From Eledone cirrhosa (Eukaryota): 64,000 nt of DNA. Position numbers and translations under genes: made by a program. Of the stretch, positions 24,475 through 38,496 are shown in pieces. Positions within the stretch are counted from its first letter, which is position 1; every line of letters begins with the position of its first letter. The stretch is taken from the NCBI GenBank assembly GCA_964016885.1, contig OZ024763.1:7006001-7070000 (forward strand). The letters run 5' to 3'. Below the pieces are notes generated by a model. It had not been told where the DNA came from. It made no database searches and worked only from the letters and a program-made list of their open reading frames with translations.

Positions 24475-27403
24475 AAGAAATATCCAGATCGTCCTTGGCA
24501 CCAAATGATAATAATGATGATGATGATAATGGATAAAAAGTTATTTAATTAGGTCGGCAAGAAATATCCATAATATCCTTGGCACCAAATAATAATGTTG
24601 ATAATGGATAAAAAGTTATTAATTAGGTCAGCAAGAAATATCCAGAACATCCTTGGCACCAAATAATAATGTTGATAATGGATAAAAAGTTATTAATTAG
24701 GTCGGCAAGAAATATCCAGAACATCCTTGGCACCAAATAATAATGTTGATAATGGATAAAAAGTTATTAATTAGGTCGGCAAGAAATATCCAGAACATCC
24801 TTGGCACCAAATAATAATGTTGATAATGGATAAAAAGTTATTAATTAGGTCGGCAAGAAATATCCAGAACATCCTTGGCACCAAATAATAATGTTGATAA
24901 TGGATAAAAAGTTATTAATTAGGTCGGCAAGAAATATCCAGAACATCCTTGGCACCAAATAATAATGTTGATAATGGATAAAAAGTTATTAATTAGGTCA
25001 GCAAGAAATATCCAGAACATCCTTGGCACCAAATAATAATGTTGATAATGGATAAAAAGTTATTAATTAGGTCGGCAAGAAATATCCAGAACATCCTTGG
25101 CACCAAATAATAATGTTGATAATGGATAAAAAAGTTATTAATTAGGTCGGCAAGAAATATCCAGAACATCCTTGGCACCAAATAATAATGTTGATAATGG
25201 ATAAAAAGTTATTAATTAGGTCGGCAAGAAATATCCAGAACATCCTTGGCACCAAATAATAATGTTGATAATGGATAAAAGTTATTAATTAGGTCGGCAA
25301 GAAATATCCAGAACATCCTTGGCACCAAATAATAATGTTGATAATGGATAAAAAGTTATTAATTAGGTCGGCAAGAAATATCCAGAACATCCTTGGCACC
25401 AAATAATAATGTTGATAATGGATAAAAAGTTATTAATTAGGTCGGCAAGAAATATCCAGAACATCCTTGGCACCAAATAATAATGTTGATAATGGATAAA
25501 AAGTTATTAATTAGGTCGGCAAGAAATATCCAGAACATCCTTGGCACCAAATAATAATGTTGATAATGGATAAAAAGTTATTAATTAGGTCGGCAAGAAA
25601 TATCCAGAACATCCTTGGCACCAAATAATAATGTTGATAATGGATAAAAAGTTATTAATTAGGTTGGCAAGAAATATCCAGAACATCCTTGGCACCAAAT
25701 AATAATGTTGATAATGGATAAAAAGTTATTAATTAGGTCGGCAAGAAATATCCAGAACATCCTTGGCACCAAATAATAATGTTGATAATGGATAAAAAGT
25801 TATTAATTAGGTCGGCAAGAAATATCCAGAACATCCTTGGCACCAAATAATAATGTTGATAATGGATAAAAAGTTATTAATTAGGTTGGCAAGAAATATC
25901 CAGAACATCCTTGGCACCAAATAATAATGTTGATAATGGATAAAAAGTTATTAATTAGGTCGGCAAGAAATATCCAGAACATCCTTGGCACCAAATAATA
26001 ATGTTGATAATGGATAAAAAGTTATTAATTAGGTCGGCAAGAAATATCCAGAACATCCTTGGCACCAAATAATAATGTTGATAATGGATAAAAAGTTATT
26101 AATTAGGTCGGCAAGAAATATCCAGAACATCCTTGGCACCAAATAATAATGTTGATAATGGATAAAAAGTTATTAATTAGGTCGGCAAGAAATATCCAGA
26201 ACATCCTTGGCACCAAATAATAATGTTGATAATGGATAAAAAGTTATTAATTAGGTCGGCAAGAAATATCCAGAACATCCTTGGCACCAAATAATAATGT
26301 TGATAATGGATAAAAAGTTATTAATTAGGTCGGCAAGAAATATCCAGAACATCCTTGGCACCAAATAATAATGTTGATAATGGATAAAAAGTTATTAATT
26401 AGGTCGGCAAGAAATATCCAGAACATCCTTGGCACCAAATAATAATGTTGATAATGGATAAAAAGTTATTAATTAGGTCGGCAAGAAATATCCAGAACAT
26501 CCTTGGCACCAAATAATAATGTTGATAATGGATAAAAAGTTATTAATTAGGTCGGCAAGAAATATCCAGAACATCCTTGGCACCAAATAATAATGTTGAT
26601 AATGGATAAAAAGTTATTAATTAGGTCGGCAAGAAATATCCAGAACATCCTTGGCACCAAATAATAATGTTGATAATGGATAAAAAGTTATTAATTAGGT
26701 CGGCAAGAAATATCCAGAACATCCTTGGCACCAAATAATAATGTTGATAATGGATAAAAAGTTATTAATTAGGTCGGCAAGAAATATCCAGAACATCCTT
26801 GGCACCAAATAATAATGTTGATAATGGATAAAAAGTTATTAATTAGGTCGGCAAGAAATATCCAGAACATCCTTGGCACCAAATAATAATGTTGATAATG
26901 GATAAAAAGTTATTAATTAGGTCGGCAAGAAATATCCAGAACATCCTTGGCACCAAATAATAATGTTGATAATGGATAAAAAGTTATTAATTAGGTCGGC
27001 AAGAAATATCCAGAACATCCTTGGCACCAAATAATAATGTTGATAATGGATAAAAAGTTATTAATTAGGTCGGCAAGAAATATCCAGAACATCCTTGGCA
27101 CCAAATAATAATGTTGATAATGGATAAAAAGTTATTAATTAGGTCGGCAAGAAATATCCAGAACATCCTTGGCACCAAATAATAATGTTGATAATGGATA
27201 AAAAGTTATTAATTAGGTCGGCAAGAAATATCCAGAACATCCTTGGCACCAAATAATAATGTTGATAATGGATAAAAAGTTATTAATTAGGTCGGCAAGA
27301 AATATCCAGAACATCCTTGGCACCAAATAATAATGTTGATAATGGATAAAAAGTTATTAATTAGGTCGGCAAGAAATATCCAGAACATCCTTGGCACCAA
27401 ATA
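24475..27403. repeat. 74-bp AT-rich satellite, ~39-40 highly homogeneous copies
   Basis: Unit aagaaatatccagaacatccttggcaccaaataataatgttgataatggataaaaagttattaattaggtcggc; period 74 (24781 to 24855). Confidence 0.98.
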
Positions 27404-27727
27404 AAAACAGAACTTGAATAACGATTAATGTAGGACCTGAATGGGAAGAAAGAAATCCTAAGACCCGTGCAGAGTGTGTGTGGGGTGTGGAGGTCTGAAT
27501 ATGGCAAAGTTCTTTCAGAGAAGGATAGAGAATGGAAGTGAGAGAGAGAGAGAGATATGGAGGAAAAATTGACCCCAGTACTAGAATGGTAACTCTTGAT
27601 GGAGTCGTGAGGGTGAAGACAAAACCAGGAGGGGTGGGGCTGGAGAAAATGTTCTAAAATGTAGTTTTCTGTAAATGTATAGTCTCTCTCTCTCTTTCTT
27701 TCTCTGTTTCTTTCTCTCTTTCTCTCT

Positions 27728-27778
<51 letters not shown>

Positions 27779-28255
27779 TGGTGGTGGTGATGATGGTGGT
27801 AGTAGCGGTGGTGGTGATGATGGTGGTAGTAGCGGTGGTGGTGATGATGGTAGTAGTAGTAGTAGCGGTGGTGGTGATGATGGTGGTAGTAGTGATGGCA
27901 ATGGTGGTGGTATTTTCATTTGGTGTTGTTGTCATTGTCATAGTAGCTACACTTGTTTCTGTTGGTGGTTAAAACCACCAACAACAACAACAACAACAAC
28001 AGCCCCTCCTCCAACCCCCTCTCATCAAATTGGTGTAATTAGAGAATTGTTATTTCAGAAAGCCGAACAATGGGAAGGATGTAAGCTAAGATAGACTTAG
28101 ACAATTCTTTCAGACAAACAAAATAACCCAGCAGAAAGTAAACGGGTCAGGAACATAAAGCACAAACAATAACGCACGCACGCACGCACACACACGCACG
28201 CACACACACACACTCACACATATATATATATATATATATATATGGCAGAGAGAAA

Positions 28256-28304
<49 letters not shown>

Positions 28305-28362
28305 GTATGTATGTGTGTATATATGGTTAAAAAAATGACAAAACACACATTCAAAGCCATAT

Positions 28363-28396
<34 letters not shown>

Positions 28397-28522
28397 ATAT
28401 ACATGACATTGTTTATCTGCTGAGAAATCTGGGGAAGGAATTGCTCCCTTTTTGTTTATTTTTCTTTGTTTTTATCTCGCATATTTCTTTTACACACACG
28501 CACGCACACGCACGTATAGACA

Positions 28523-28587
<65 letters not shown>

Positions 28588-28922
28588 GCATACACACACC
28601 ATCGTTTTAACGACTAGCCTTTACTGCTAGTAAGGGTGCATACACTCCCACACATACATTTATACATACATACTCATATATATGTATTCACATATATAGA
28701 CATGCATATATACACACATACAGGCATACACTCACACACTCACTTGCACACTCACACTCACACACTCACACTCACACACACACTCACACACTCACACTCA
28801 CACACACACTCACACACTCACACACACACTCACACACACACACACATAGTATATACCTATTCTTTACTGGTGTAAAAGAATGGGTTGTCATCTAAAGTAT
28901 TTGTGACCTTCCTGTTCTGCTG

Positions 28923-30260
28923 CTCCCCCTCTCAGCCCTGTCTATCTACTCCCCCTCTCAGCCCTGTCTATCTACTCCCCCTCTCAGCCCTGTCTATCTA
29001 CTCCCCCTCTCAGCCCTGTCTATCTACTCCCCCTCTCAGCCCTGTCTATCTACTCCCCCTCTCAGCCCTGTCTATCTACTCCCCCTCTCAGCCCTGTCTA
29101 TCTACTCCCCCTCTCAGCCCTGTCTATCTACTCCCCCTCTCAGCCCTGTCTATCTACTCCCCCTCTCAGCCCTGTCTATCTACTCCCCCTCTCAGCCCTG
29201 TCTATCTACTCCCCCTCTCAGCCCTGTCTATCTACTCCCCCTCTCAGCTCTGTCTATCTACTCCCCCTCTCAGCCCTGTCTATCTACTCCCCCTCTCAGC
29301 CCTGTCTATCTACTCCCCCTCTCAGCTCTGTCTATCTACTCCCCCTCTCAGCCCTGTCTATCTACTCCCCCTCTCAGCCCTGTCTATCTACTCCCCCTCT
29401 CAGCTCTGTCTATCTACTCCCCCTCTCAGCTCTGTCTATCTACTCCCCCTCTCAGCCCTGTCTATCTACTCCCCCTCTCAGCCCTGTCTATCTACTCCCC
29501 CTCTCAGCCCTGTCTATCTACTCCCCCTCTCAGCCCTGTCTATCTACTCCCCCTCTCAGCCCTGTCTATCTACTCCCCCTCTCAGCCCTGTCTATCTACT
29601 CCCCCTCTCAGCCCTGTCTATCTACTCCCCCTCTCAGCCCTGTCTATCTACTCCCCCTCTCAGCCCTGTCTATCTACTCCCCCTCTTAGCCCTGTCTATC
29701 TACTCCCCCTCTCAGCCCTGTCTATCTACTCCCCCTCTTAGCCCTGTCTATCTACTCCCCCTCTCAGCCCTGTCTATCTACTCCCCCTCTCAGCCCTGTC
29801 TATCTACTCCCCCTCTCAGCCCTGTCTATCTACTCCCCCTCTCAGCCCTGTCTATCTACTCCCCCTCTCAGCCCTGTCTATCTACTCCCCCTCTTAGCCC
29901 TGTCTATCTACTCCCCCTCTCAGCCCTGTCTATCTACTCCCCCTCTCAGCCCTGTCTATCTACTCCTCCTCTCAGCCCTGTCTATCTACTCCCCCTCTCA
30001 GCCCTGTCTATCTACTCCCCCTCTCAGCTCTGTCTATCTACTCCCCCTTTCAGCCCTGTCTATCTACTCCCCCTCTCAGCCCTGTCTATCTACTCCCCCT
30101 CTCAGCCCTGTCTATCTACTCCCCCTCTCAGCCCTGTCTATCTACTCCCCCTCTCAGCCCTCTCTATCTACTCCCCCTCTCAGCTCTATCTACTCCCCCT
30201 CTCAGCCCTGTCTATCTACTCCCCCTCTCAGCCCTGTCTATCTACTCCCCCTCTCAGCCC
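28923..30260. repeat. 26-bp minisatellite (~51 copies), C-rich on the plus strand
   Basis: Unit ctccccctctcagccctgtctatcta; source of the 467-aa ORF. Confidence 0.98.
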
Positions 30261-31070
30261 ATCTATTAAAACAGTCACCAATATCTAGAGGACATCTCTA
30301 CTGATTTCACAAGATTTGACTTGCAATTCGATCCTTTTAGATGTTTTCTTTTCACTTGTAGATAGTCATCTACAAACCTGACTTTAGAAACCAGGACACA
30401 GAAATGTTCAGTTATATATCATCATCACCATTTAATGGCCATTTTCCCATGCTAGCATGGGTTGACGAGTTATCCTGTTGTGGGCAATGCCAGGCCAGGT
30501 AAACCATGTCTTGCTCATTCAGAACTGATTATGACTTGGTTTCTACAGCTGGATGCTCTTCCTAGCGCCAACCTCATTTACAGTGTGGGCTGGGTGCTTT
30601 TTTTTTGTGACACCTACAGTTATATATGTATACATCATCATCATCATCGTATTTAACAACCATTTTTTCCATGCTTCCATGAGTCAGTCGAGTCATCCAC
30701 ATTGAGAGACAAATCTCGCCAGGGTTAACCACGCTGTACCTTGCTCTGACGGGACTTTAGCCAGGGTTTTTACAGCTGGATGGGCTTCCTAACATCAACC
30801 ACATTTATACACACACATACACACACACTTCTGTGTGTGTGGTTGAACAATAAAGACAGAAGTCAGGTGTAGGTAGAGAGTTAGTTCATTGTTTTACGAT
30901 CGTTTGTGAGGGTCGAATGATTGGTGGAGATGGATGTATTGACTAGCATGGTAGTGGTTAAGTTACCACCCATTACTAGTCTGAAAGACCCTCGATCATC
31001 CTCCACAACCAGGTGGACTCCCATACATACATACATACATACATACATGTATGTATGTATGTGACAAATG

Positions 31071-31147
31071 GAGAGATGCTGTGCTGAATAGGACCTGTCC
31101 CACTCTTGCAAGCTGGGAAAAGCGGACGTAAAATGATGATGATGATG
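31071..31147 (+). mobile_element. Extreme 3' end of RTE family 1 with (TGA)n tail
   Basis: Encodes DKWRDAVLNRTCPTLAS.., then cggacgtaaaatgatgatgatg. Confidence 0.8.
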
Positions 31148-31476
31148 AACCTTATGTTAAGTTATTACCCTAGTAATGGAATTATTAACAATTCTAATAA
31201 ATCTCTTGAAATTCTCCATTAATTAATTGAAACAGTGTATTTCATTAGAAGTGCAGTCACGAAAGGGTTAAGCATGGCAGAGCCTATTTCCTCTTTCTCC
31301 AGGTTAACACAGCTAATTTCTTGGGCAATTTTAACCCAGGTGATGCCCGTCTCCAGGTCTGAATATGGCAAAGTTCTTTCAGAGAAGGTTAGAGAATGGA
31401 AGTGAGGAAGAGTGAGAGAGAGAGATATGGAGGAAAAATTGACCCCAGTACTAGAATGGTAACTCTTGATGGAGTC

Positions 31477-31830
31477 ATACATGTATGTATGTATGTATGT
31501 ATGTATACAAGCATGTATGTATGTATGTATGTATGTATGTATGTATGTATGGAAGCATGTATGTATGTATGTATGTATGTTTGTATGTATGTATGTATGT
31601 ATGTGTTTGTATGTATGTATGTATGTATGTATGTATGTATGTATGGAAGCATGTATGTATGTTTGTATGTATGTATGTATGTATGTATGTATGTATGGAA
31701 GCATGTATGTATGTATGGAAGCATGTATGTATGTATGGAAGCATGTATGTATGTATGTATGTATGTATGTATGGAAGCATGTATGTATGTATGTATGTAT
31801 GTATGTATGTATGTATGGAAGCATGTATAC
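31477..31830. repeat. (TATG)n microsatellite with ggaagca interruptions
   Basis: Read directly. Confidence 0.95.
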
Positions 31831-32001
31831 ATACCTACATAGCTGTAACCCCCCACCCAGCTAAAATACAGTGCAGCCAACATGCCAGACGTGTCTCATA
31901 ATGTGGACGACCCATCTAACCGATGCAGGCATGCAGAAATAGATGTCAAATGGTGATGATGATGATATATAAAGGTTGGGAAGACTCTTCAGCTGTGTTA
32001 A

Positions 32002-32206
32002 CCCTTTAGCATTTAAACTGGCCATATCTAGCCAGAATTCTCTCACCTCTTTCTGTTCAAACCGGCTGTAACTAGCCACTCATACTGATGTTAAGGTATT
32101 GTTCTCAAAATAAATATCCAAATCTCATAGATTCAATATTATGTGAGGTAAAGCCTTTACCGTGAAAATCTAATAGTAAATACAGACTAATGTAAATGTT
32201 AAAGGG
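32002..32206 (+). mobile_element. piggyBac-like MITE family B, intact ends
   Basis: TTAA-CCCTTTAGCATTTA...TAAATGTTAAAGGG-TTAA; relatives at 42029-42342 and 56599-56811. Confidence 0.9.
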
Positions 32207-33856
32207 TTAAAGACAAGACAACGTCCCTTGTGCTAGCCATAGAAAACCTGACAAAGGGTCTGTAAGAATATTCAGTTGTCATACACTCAGTACACTCTAT
32301 AAAGGGGTTGGTCAACTGTAGAAAACAGTTTGAGGATTCTTCAGTTGTGTCAAAGGACATGACAACTTCCCTAGTGTTGGTGATCTACACGATAAACACA
32401 CCCAGTACACTCTGCAAAGTGGTTGGTGATAGGAAGGGCTTCCACCTGTAGAAAACCTGTCAAACACAGTCGGAGGGATTCTTTAGTTGTGTTAGGCATG
32501 ACAACCTTCCCATTGTTGGTGATTTACGCACAGTACACTTGAGGAAGGGCATCCATCAGCAGAAAACCAGGAGGACTCTTCAACTACGTTAAATAAATTA
32601 CAATATTTCTTGTACTGGTGCCATAATAAAATACTCAATAGTGTGGAAATGTTTTGTAATTGAGATGTAGGACCCCTCCACCCCTATTCTGGGGCCTGTC
32701 CGAGTACCTGATAGAGTACGGAAACATGCTCTGGTGATCAACAACTTTCTTTTCCTTTTTAGGGTGTTTGACTTGCAATCATAAGTTCTTGAGTTCGATT
32801 TCTGGACCTGGGTAGCAGGTGGTTGTGTTATTGAGCAAGGCCCTTTATTTCTTCATGTTGCTTTTTATGATAGGCAGTGAGTGTTCTTTCCTGTGAAGCA
32901 TGGCAGCAATGAAAGGGTTAACACCATCCTGCACTTACCACCCTCAGTTGAAATATGACACAATATGTTGTTAATGGCAGAGTATTTCCTTGTCTGCTTC
33001 CGAGTACTGTTCCAATTCTCTCCACGTATCTCCCACTCACCTTCACCCCCCCCACTCACCCCCTCACCTTCACCCCCCACTCACCTTCACCCCCCCCCCC
33101 CACCTTCACCCCCACCTCACTCACCTTCACCCCCACCCCGCTGTCAATGATGCCATTTCGGTGATCTGTACATTAACTGATTTTCAGTTTAAATTTTTTT
33201 ACTTTACCAACCAGGTCAGATGTGGTAATGGTGGTGGTGGTGGTGTTGATTATGGCTTTGGTGGTAGTGTTGTTGGTGGTGGTGGTGTTTGGTAGTGGTT
33301 GTCGTGGTGTTGCTGTTGATTATGGCTTTGGTGGTAGTTTTTGTTGGTGGTGGTGGTGTTGCTGTTGATTGTGGTGGTGGTGTTAGTGTTGCTGTTGACT
33401 GTGATGGTGTTAGTGGTGGTGTTGCTGTTGATTGTGGTGGTGGTGTTAGTGGTGGTGGTGGTGGTGATGATATTGCTTCTGGTAGTGTTGGTGGTGCGGT
33501 GTTGCTGTTGACTGTGATGGTGTTAGTGGTGGTGTTGCTGTTGATTGTGGTGGTGGTGTTAGTGATGTTAGTTGTGGTGGTGGTGATGATATTGCTTCTG
33601 GTAGTGTTGGTGGTGCGGTGTTGCTGTTATTAATGGTGTTGGTTCTAGTAGAGAACCTGGCATTTCCAATGTCTGTAATTGTCAGTTAATTCCGTTCTAA
33701 GCGCCCTCATTTTGTCATCCCCACTTCCTTCCTGATTTCAAAAAAACTATGGGAACAACCAACCCCCTCCTGTCTCTCTTCTAACCATTTTCAAACATTC
33801 TCCCCTCGGTTCCACTACCAAACTCTCACACCATTATTGGTGTTGCTGCTATTCAT

Positions 33857-33890
<34 letters not shown>

Positions 33891-33899
33891 TATTTGTTT

Positions 33900-34100
33900 T
33901 ATTGGCAGAATCGGTAGAGCGTCAGCCAACATGCTTTGTGACCTTTTATGTTCTGAGTTCAAATACCGTTGAGGTTAGCTTTGCCTTTCTTCCTTAAGGG
34001 GGAATGGTTGATAAAGTAAATTACCAGTAACGCACTGGGGTCAATTTGATTGACTTTTTCTTTCCCTTAAAATTGCTGGCCTTGTGCCTAAATTAGAAAT
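33900..34100 (+). mobile_element. S1 SINE
   Basis: tggcagaatcggtagagcg..ctgagttcaaat..gcctttc.tcctt..gctggccttgtgcc. Confidence 0.85.
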
Positions 34101-34108
34101 CCTTACTC

Positions 34109-34139
<31 letters not shown>

Positions 34140-34164
34140 GGTGTCTGTCTGTCTATAAGTTACC

Positions 34165-34596
34165 TTAACCTTTCTGCTACCATATTTCTAATAAAGACAC
34201 TGCTTATTATTTTTAAATCGTGTGGAAAATAAACAAAAATTTGGAGCGATTTTAGTAATATAACCAACTTTCTTATTAATTAAGTTGGTGTTTGGAACAT
34301 AACACAACAAAGGTTCTTACATAAAATTATGATGGCAAGTTCCTACATGAATGTAAACACTTCCAAATGAACAATTTTGTATTGTAGAACCAGGAGTGGT
34401 TTGAAAAAGGTTAAGTTGGTGTTTGGAACATAACTTAACTAAGGTACTTACATAAAATTAACATGGAGGGTTTCTAGATAAATATAAACATTGTAAAACA
34501 ACCGATTTTGTATCATAAAACTAGGGATGCTTTCAGGTGGCTTCCTTTTGTCGAACTAGGGATCGTTTCAGACATGTTTGGTATTGGAAGGATTAA
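34165..34596 (+). mobile_element. piggyBac-like MITE family A with duplicated 3' half
   Basis: TTAA-CCTTTCTGCTACCATATTTCTAAT...GGTATTGGAAGGA-TTAA; taagttggtgtttggaacataac occurs twice. Confidence 0.75.
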
Positions 34597-34604
34597 ATGA
34601 ACAA

Positions 34605-34885
34605 TAATTGTTTCTACTTTAGGCACAAGGCCAGCAAATACCCAGTACATTACTGGTACTTTATTCTATCGACCCCGTAAGGATTAAATGAACAATAATT
34701 GTTTCTACTTTAGGCACAAAGCCAGCAATTACCCAGTGCATTACTGGTACTTTATTTCATCGACCCCGTAAGGATGAAAGGCAAAGTCAACCTCGGCAGG
34801 ATTTGAACTCAGTCTGTAAAGGGACGTAACTATGCTGGAAAGCATGGCGTCCGACCCTCTACCGATACTGCCATTCCACCGAATA
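34605..34885 (-). mobile_element. S1 SINE with duplicated 3' end
   Basis: Reverse complement of 14385-14571; 3' segment plus flank repeated. Confidence 0.88.
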
Positions 34886-36916
34886 ATAAGCCCCAGTAAT
34901 AGTTGTGTTGATTCGTTAAATTTCATTAATTGCCACCTTAATTAATGTTATTTGAGATTTAGTTTCTTCGGTTTATTCTCACGTCAACATCATTTAACGC
35001 TCATTTTAACCTGCTAGCAATATATACACACACATAGCAATATATACACACGCACTCAACTGTGTACACACACAACTTTACACACTTGCACACATTATTT
35101 ATACACACAAAACTGTATATATATATATATATATACACACACACAACTTTATACATAAACACACACACAGACGAGTAAACATTTGTTTTTAATCAAATCA
35201 GGTTTTGCTGTTAGATCAAGTTTCTTACACTTGATCAGCTGTGCTTAAACTTTATTTGCCAACACACATACACACTCTTAGTGTTCTGTACCTCATCAAA
35301 CCACATTAGCAAGACATTCTTGAAAATTACAAAACACCACTATGATTGTATCACATTAAATATTGCAATCTTTACTTTACTGTAATACTGCAGATTTTCA
35401 CGGCAACCTGGCTACCAGTAAAGATACTATAAACATTTAATACAAAACAACACTATGACTGCATCACATTAAATATTAAAGTCTTAACAGTAATACTGCA
35501 AATTTCCATAACAATCTGTCCACCAGTAAAGATACTATAAACATTTAGTACAAAACAACACTATGACTACATCATATTAAATAGGTAAGTGGCTGAGTAT
35601 TTCACAGCCTCATTCACAATATTCTGAGCCAAATCTAGTAACCACTAGACTATTCCCCATTCACAATATTCTGAGCCAAATCTAACCAGTCAGCTATCCC
35701 CCATTCACTAGGTTGTGAACCAAACCCCCTAACCACTAAACTATCCCCCATTCACTAGGTTGTGAACCAAACCCCCTAACCAGTCAGCTATATGCTGTAT
35801 TCACTCCAAGCATGTACTGTTGTAGATTATATGATAAAATTCCTGTAACCCTCCTGTAGACGTCCCCAGTCCTGCTTCTCTCTTCAGTTCTTTGGTTCTG
35901 TTGTCTCAGAAAGAAGCTGCTATATTCCAGATATACACTGGCTTCTCACACACTTGGCCTACATACACCATTATATTATACTATATATATATGTGTGTGT
36001 ATATATATGTGTATATATGATATATATATATATACACATACACACACACGTGTGCATATATGTGTGTGTGTATATATATACACATGTGCATGTATATATA
36101 TACATATATGTGTGTATGTAGATATATTTATGTATATAAAGTCTTTTAAAATGGGGGAACACCTTACACAACTTAATGTGACTCCTTCCTCCCTGCTCTT
36201 TCCCTCCCCCTTTTGTCCAGCCCCACCACACCCTTCTCAACAACATATTTCTCAGAAAAAGTTATGGGAACTTTACTAAACCCGGCTAACGTTACAATCC
36301 CCCCTTTTTAAAATGTTGCACCCCCTCCTTTATTTTTTTAATTTTCTACTTTACAGTTTTATTTTTATTTTTATTTTTGAAATCTAATTTTATCCCCCCC
36401 CCCCCACCCAATGGCCAAGAGGATAGGGTTGGTGTTAGGGGCAGAGGCTAGGGGCTGGGAGAAGGAACAATAAGTTTTTCTCATAATTGTCTTTGGTTTT
36501 CTTTTTTTTTTTTTGTCACCCTCTCCTTCATCCTCAATGGTGGTACCCCTAAACCCACCCTTATCTCACCCCATATCTTTTGTAGACTGTGTCAAGCTAA
36601 TCTAGGGAGAGTGAGATATATATATAATGTGGTGTAGGAGAGTGGGAGAGAAAAAGTGAGAAGGTAGGAGTGTAAGTAAAGAGAGGGTGGGAGTAAAGAG
36701 AGGTAGGAGTGTGTGAGAGAAAGTGAGAGGGTGGGAGTGTGTGAGAAAGTGAGAGAGGTTTGTTAGTAAAACAAACCCCATCTTCTCAACTGTCTCACTC
36801 ACTCAAGCAGGTCACAGCAATGTTGGAGTGGGCGTCCCTGAGTGTAAGTGTCAAGTGTCTTTAAATAGTTTCCTTCTAATTAAGGAGTTAATTAACAAAG
36901 CTCTTTCTCCAAATCA

Positions 36917-36953
<37 letters not shown>

Positions 36954-37247
36954 CTTTTCACACTCTCTCTTTCACTCATGTCTATCTATCTACCTATCTA
37001 TCTGCCCCCCCCCCTTCCACCCTGTTGTGCTACATTCTCAGTTCTCCATCAACACTGGAAATATTCAGCATCATTCTAATAGTGGTGGGGGTGGGGAATG
37101 AGGCTGGTGTATGTGCAGCACCCACTGCAAACACACATGTACATAGATATACCCTACATAGATATATATAAATATATACCCTGCACACACACGTCTACAT
37201 ATATATACCCTGCACACACACACACACGTCTACATATATATACCCTG

Positions 37248-37301
<54 letters not shown>

Positions 37302-37302
<1 letters not shown>

Positions 37303-37492
37303 CTGTTTCTACGTTAGGCACAAGGCCAGCAATTACCCAGTGTATTACTGGTACTTTATTTTATCGACCCCCGTAAGGATGAAAGGCAAAGTTAACCTCG
37401 GTGGGATTTGAACTCAGAATGGCAAGGGCCGTAACTCTATGCTGCAAAGCATGGCGTCCGACCCCCTACCGATACTGCCAATCCACCACCCA
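37302..37492 (-). mobile_element. S1 SINE
   Basis: Reverse complement of 14385-14571. Confidence 0.9.
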
Positions 37493-37593
37493 ATAATAAG
37501 GGTGTAGATCAATATCCAGTGATTTCGATCTGGTTGTTTACAATTTGCTTAACAAATTTGTTTGGGTGTGTACACAAAGGAGTAATTGTTATA

Positions 37594-37629
<36 letters not shown>

Positions 37630-37961
37630 CACACACGTATATGCCCCCAGCACATATCTAGATACACAGGTATATATATACACCCTTCACATACAAACAC
37701 ATATATATATTGCACACACCCATATATACATATACATATATACATATACACATATACACCATGTACACACATATATATATATGTGTATATATATATGTGT
37801 ATATATATATATATATATAGATATATATATATATATATATACACCATGCACACATACTGTCACATACACATATCTGGATATATATATATATATATACCCT
37901 GCACACATACAGAGACATGTATATATACACACCTACATATACAGCCTGCATATATACTTTT

Positions 37962-38032
<71 letters not shown>

Positions 38033-38463
38033 ATTAGGTCCACATTCTCAGACGCATGCATTGATAAATACATTCCTACATGCTTTGATAAACATGTATA
38101 TACACACATGTACACATGTACACAACTCTCACACATAATTAGGTCCACATCCCACATGTTGAGACACATGCATTGACAAATACATTCCTACATGATTTGA
38201 TAAACACGTATACACACATATACACATGTACACACACACACACACACGCACACAGACATGTATTCCCACCTCCACAGATAATCTCCCCCTTCTCTTCCCC
38301 ACTGTCATTCCCTCCACATACAGTGCCCCCCCACCCCCCTTCCCTGCTCCCCCCACCATACTCCCCTCCCACCATACTCCCCAGCTGTTAATGAGGTTTA
38401 CACATCATGTCTTCTGGTAATACTGATGGCTGCAACTTCAACTATTTATTTACACTTAGTCTC

Positions 38464-38496
<33 letters not shown>

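Noticed and set aside
24475-27403. 74-bp array as CRISPR or tandem ribozyme (retrozyme) array
   Set aside because: No unique spacers and no CUGANGA/GAAA core on either strand.
28885-30288. 467-aa Ser/Pro/Leu ORF
   Set aside because: 26-bp unit (not a multiple of 3) cycling through frames; pure minisatellite.
32695-32735. ctgatagagtacggaaac hammerhead-like match
   Set aside because: Core is not CUGANGA and the stems do not form.
32930-33030. Minus-strand donor site G|GTAAGT with possible exon
   Set aside because: No credible acceptor or recognisable peptide; the upstream sequence is low-complexity.
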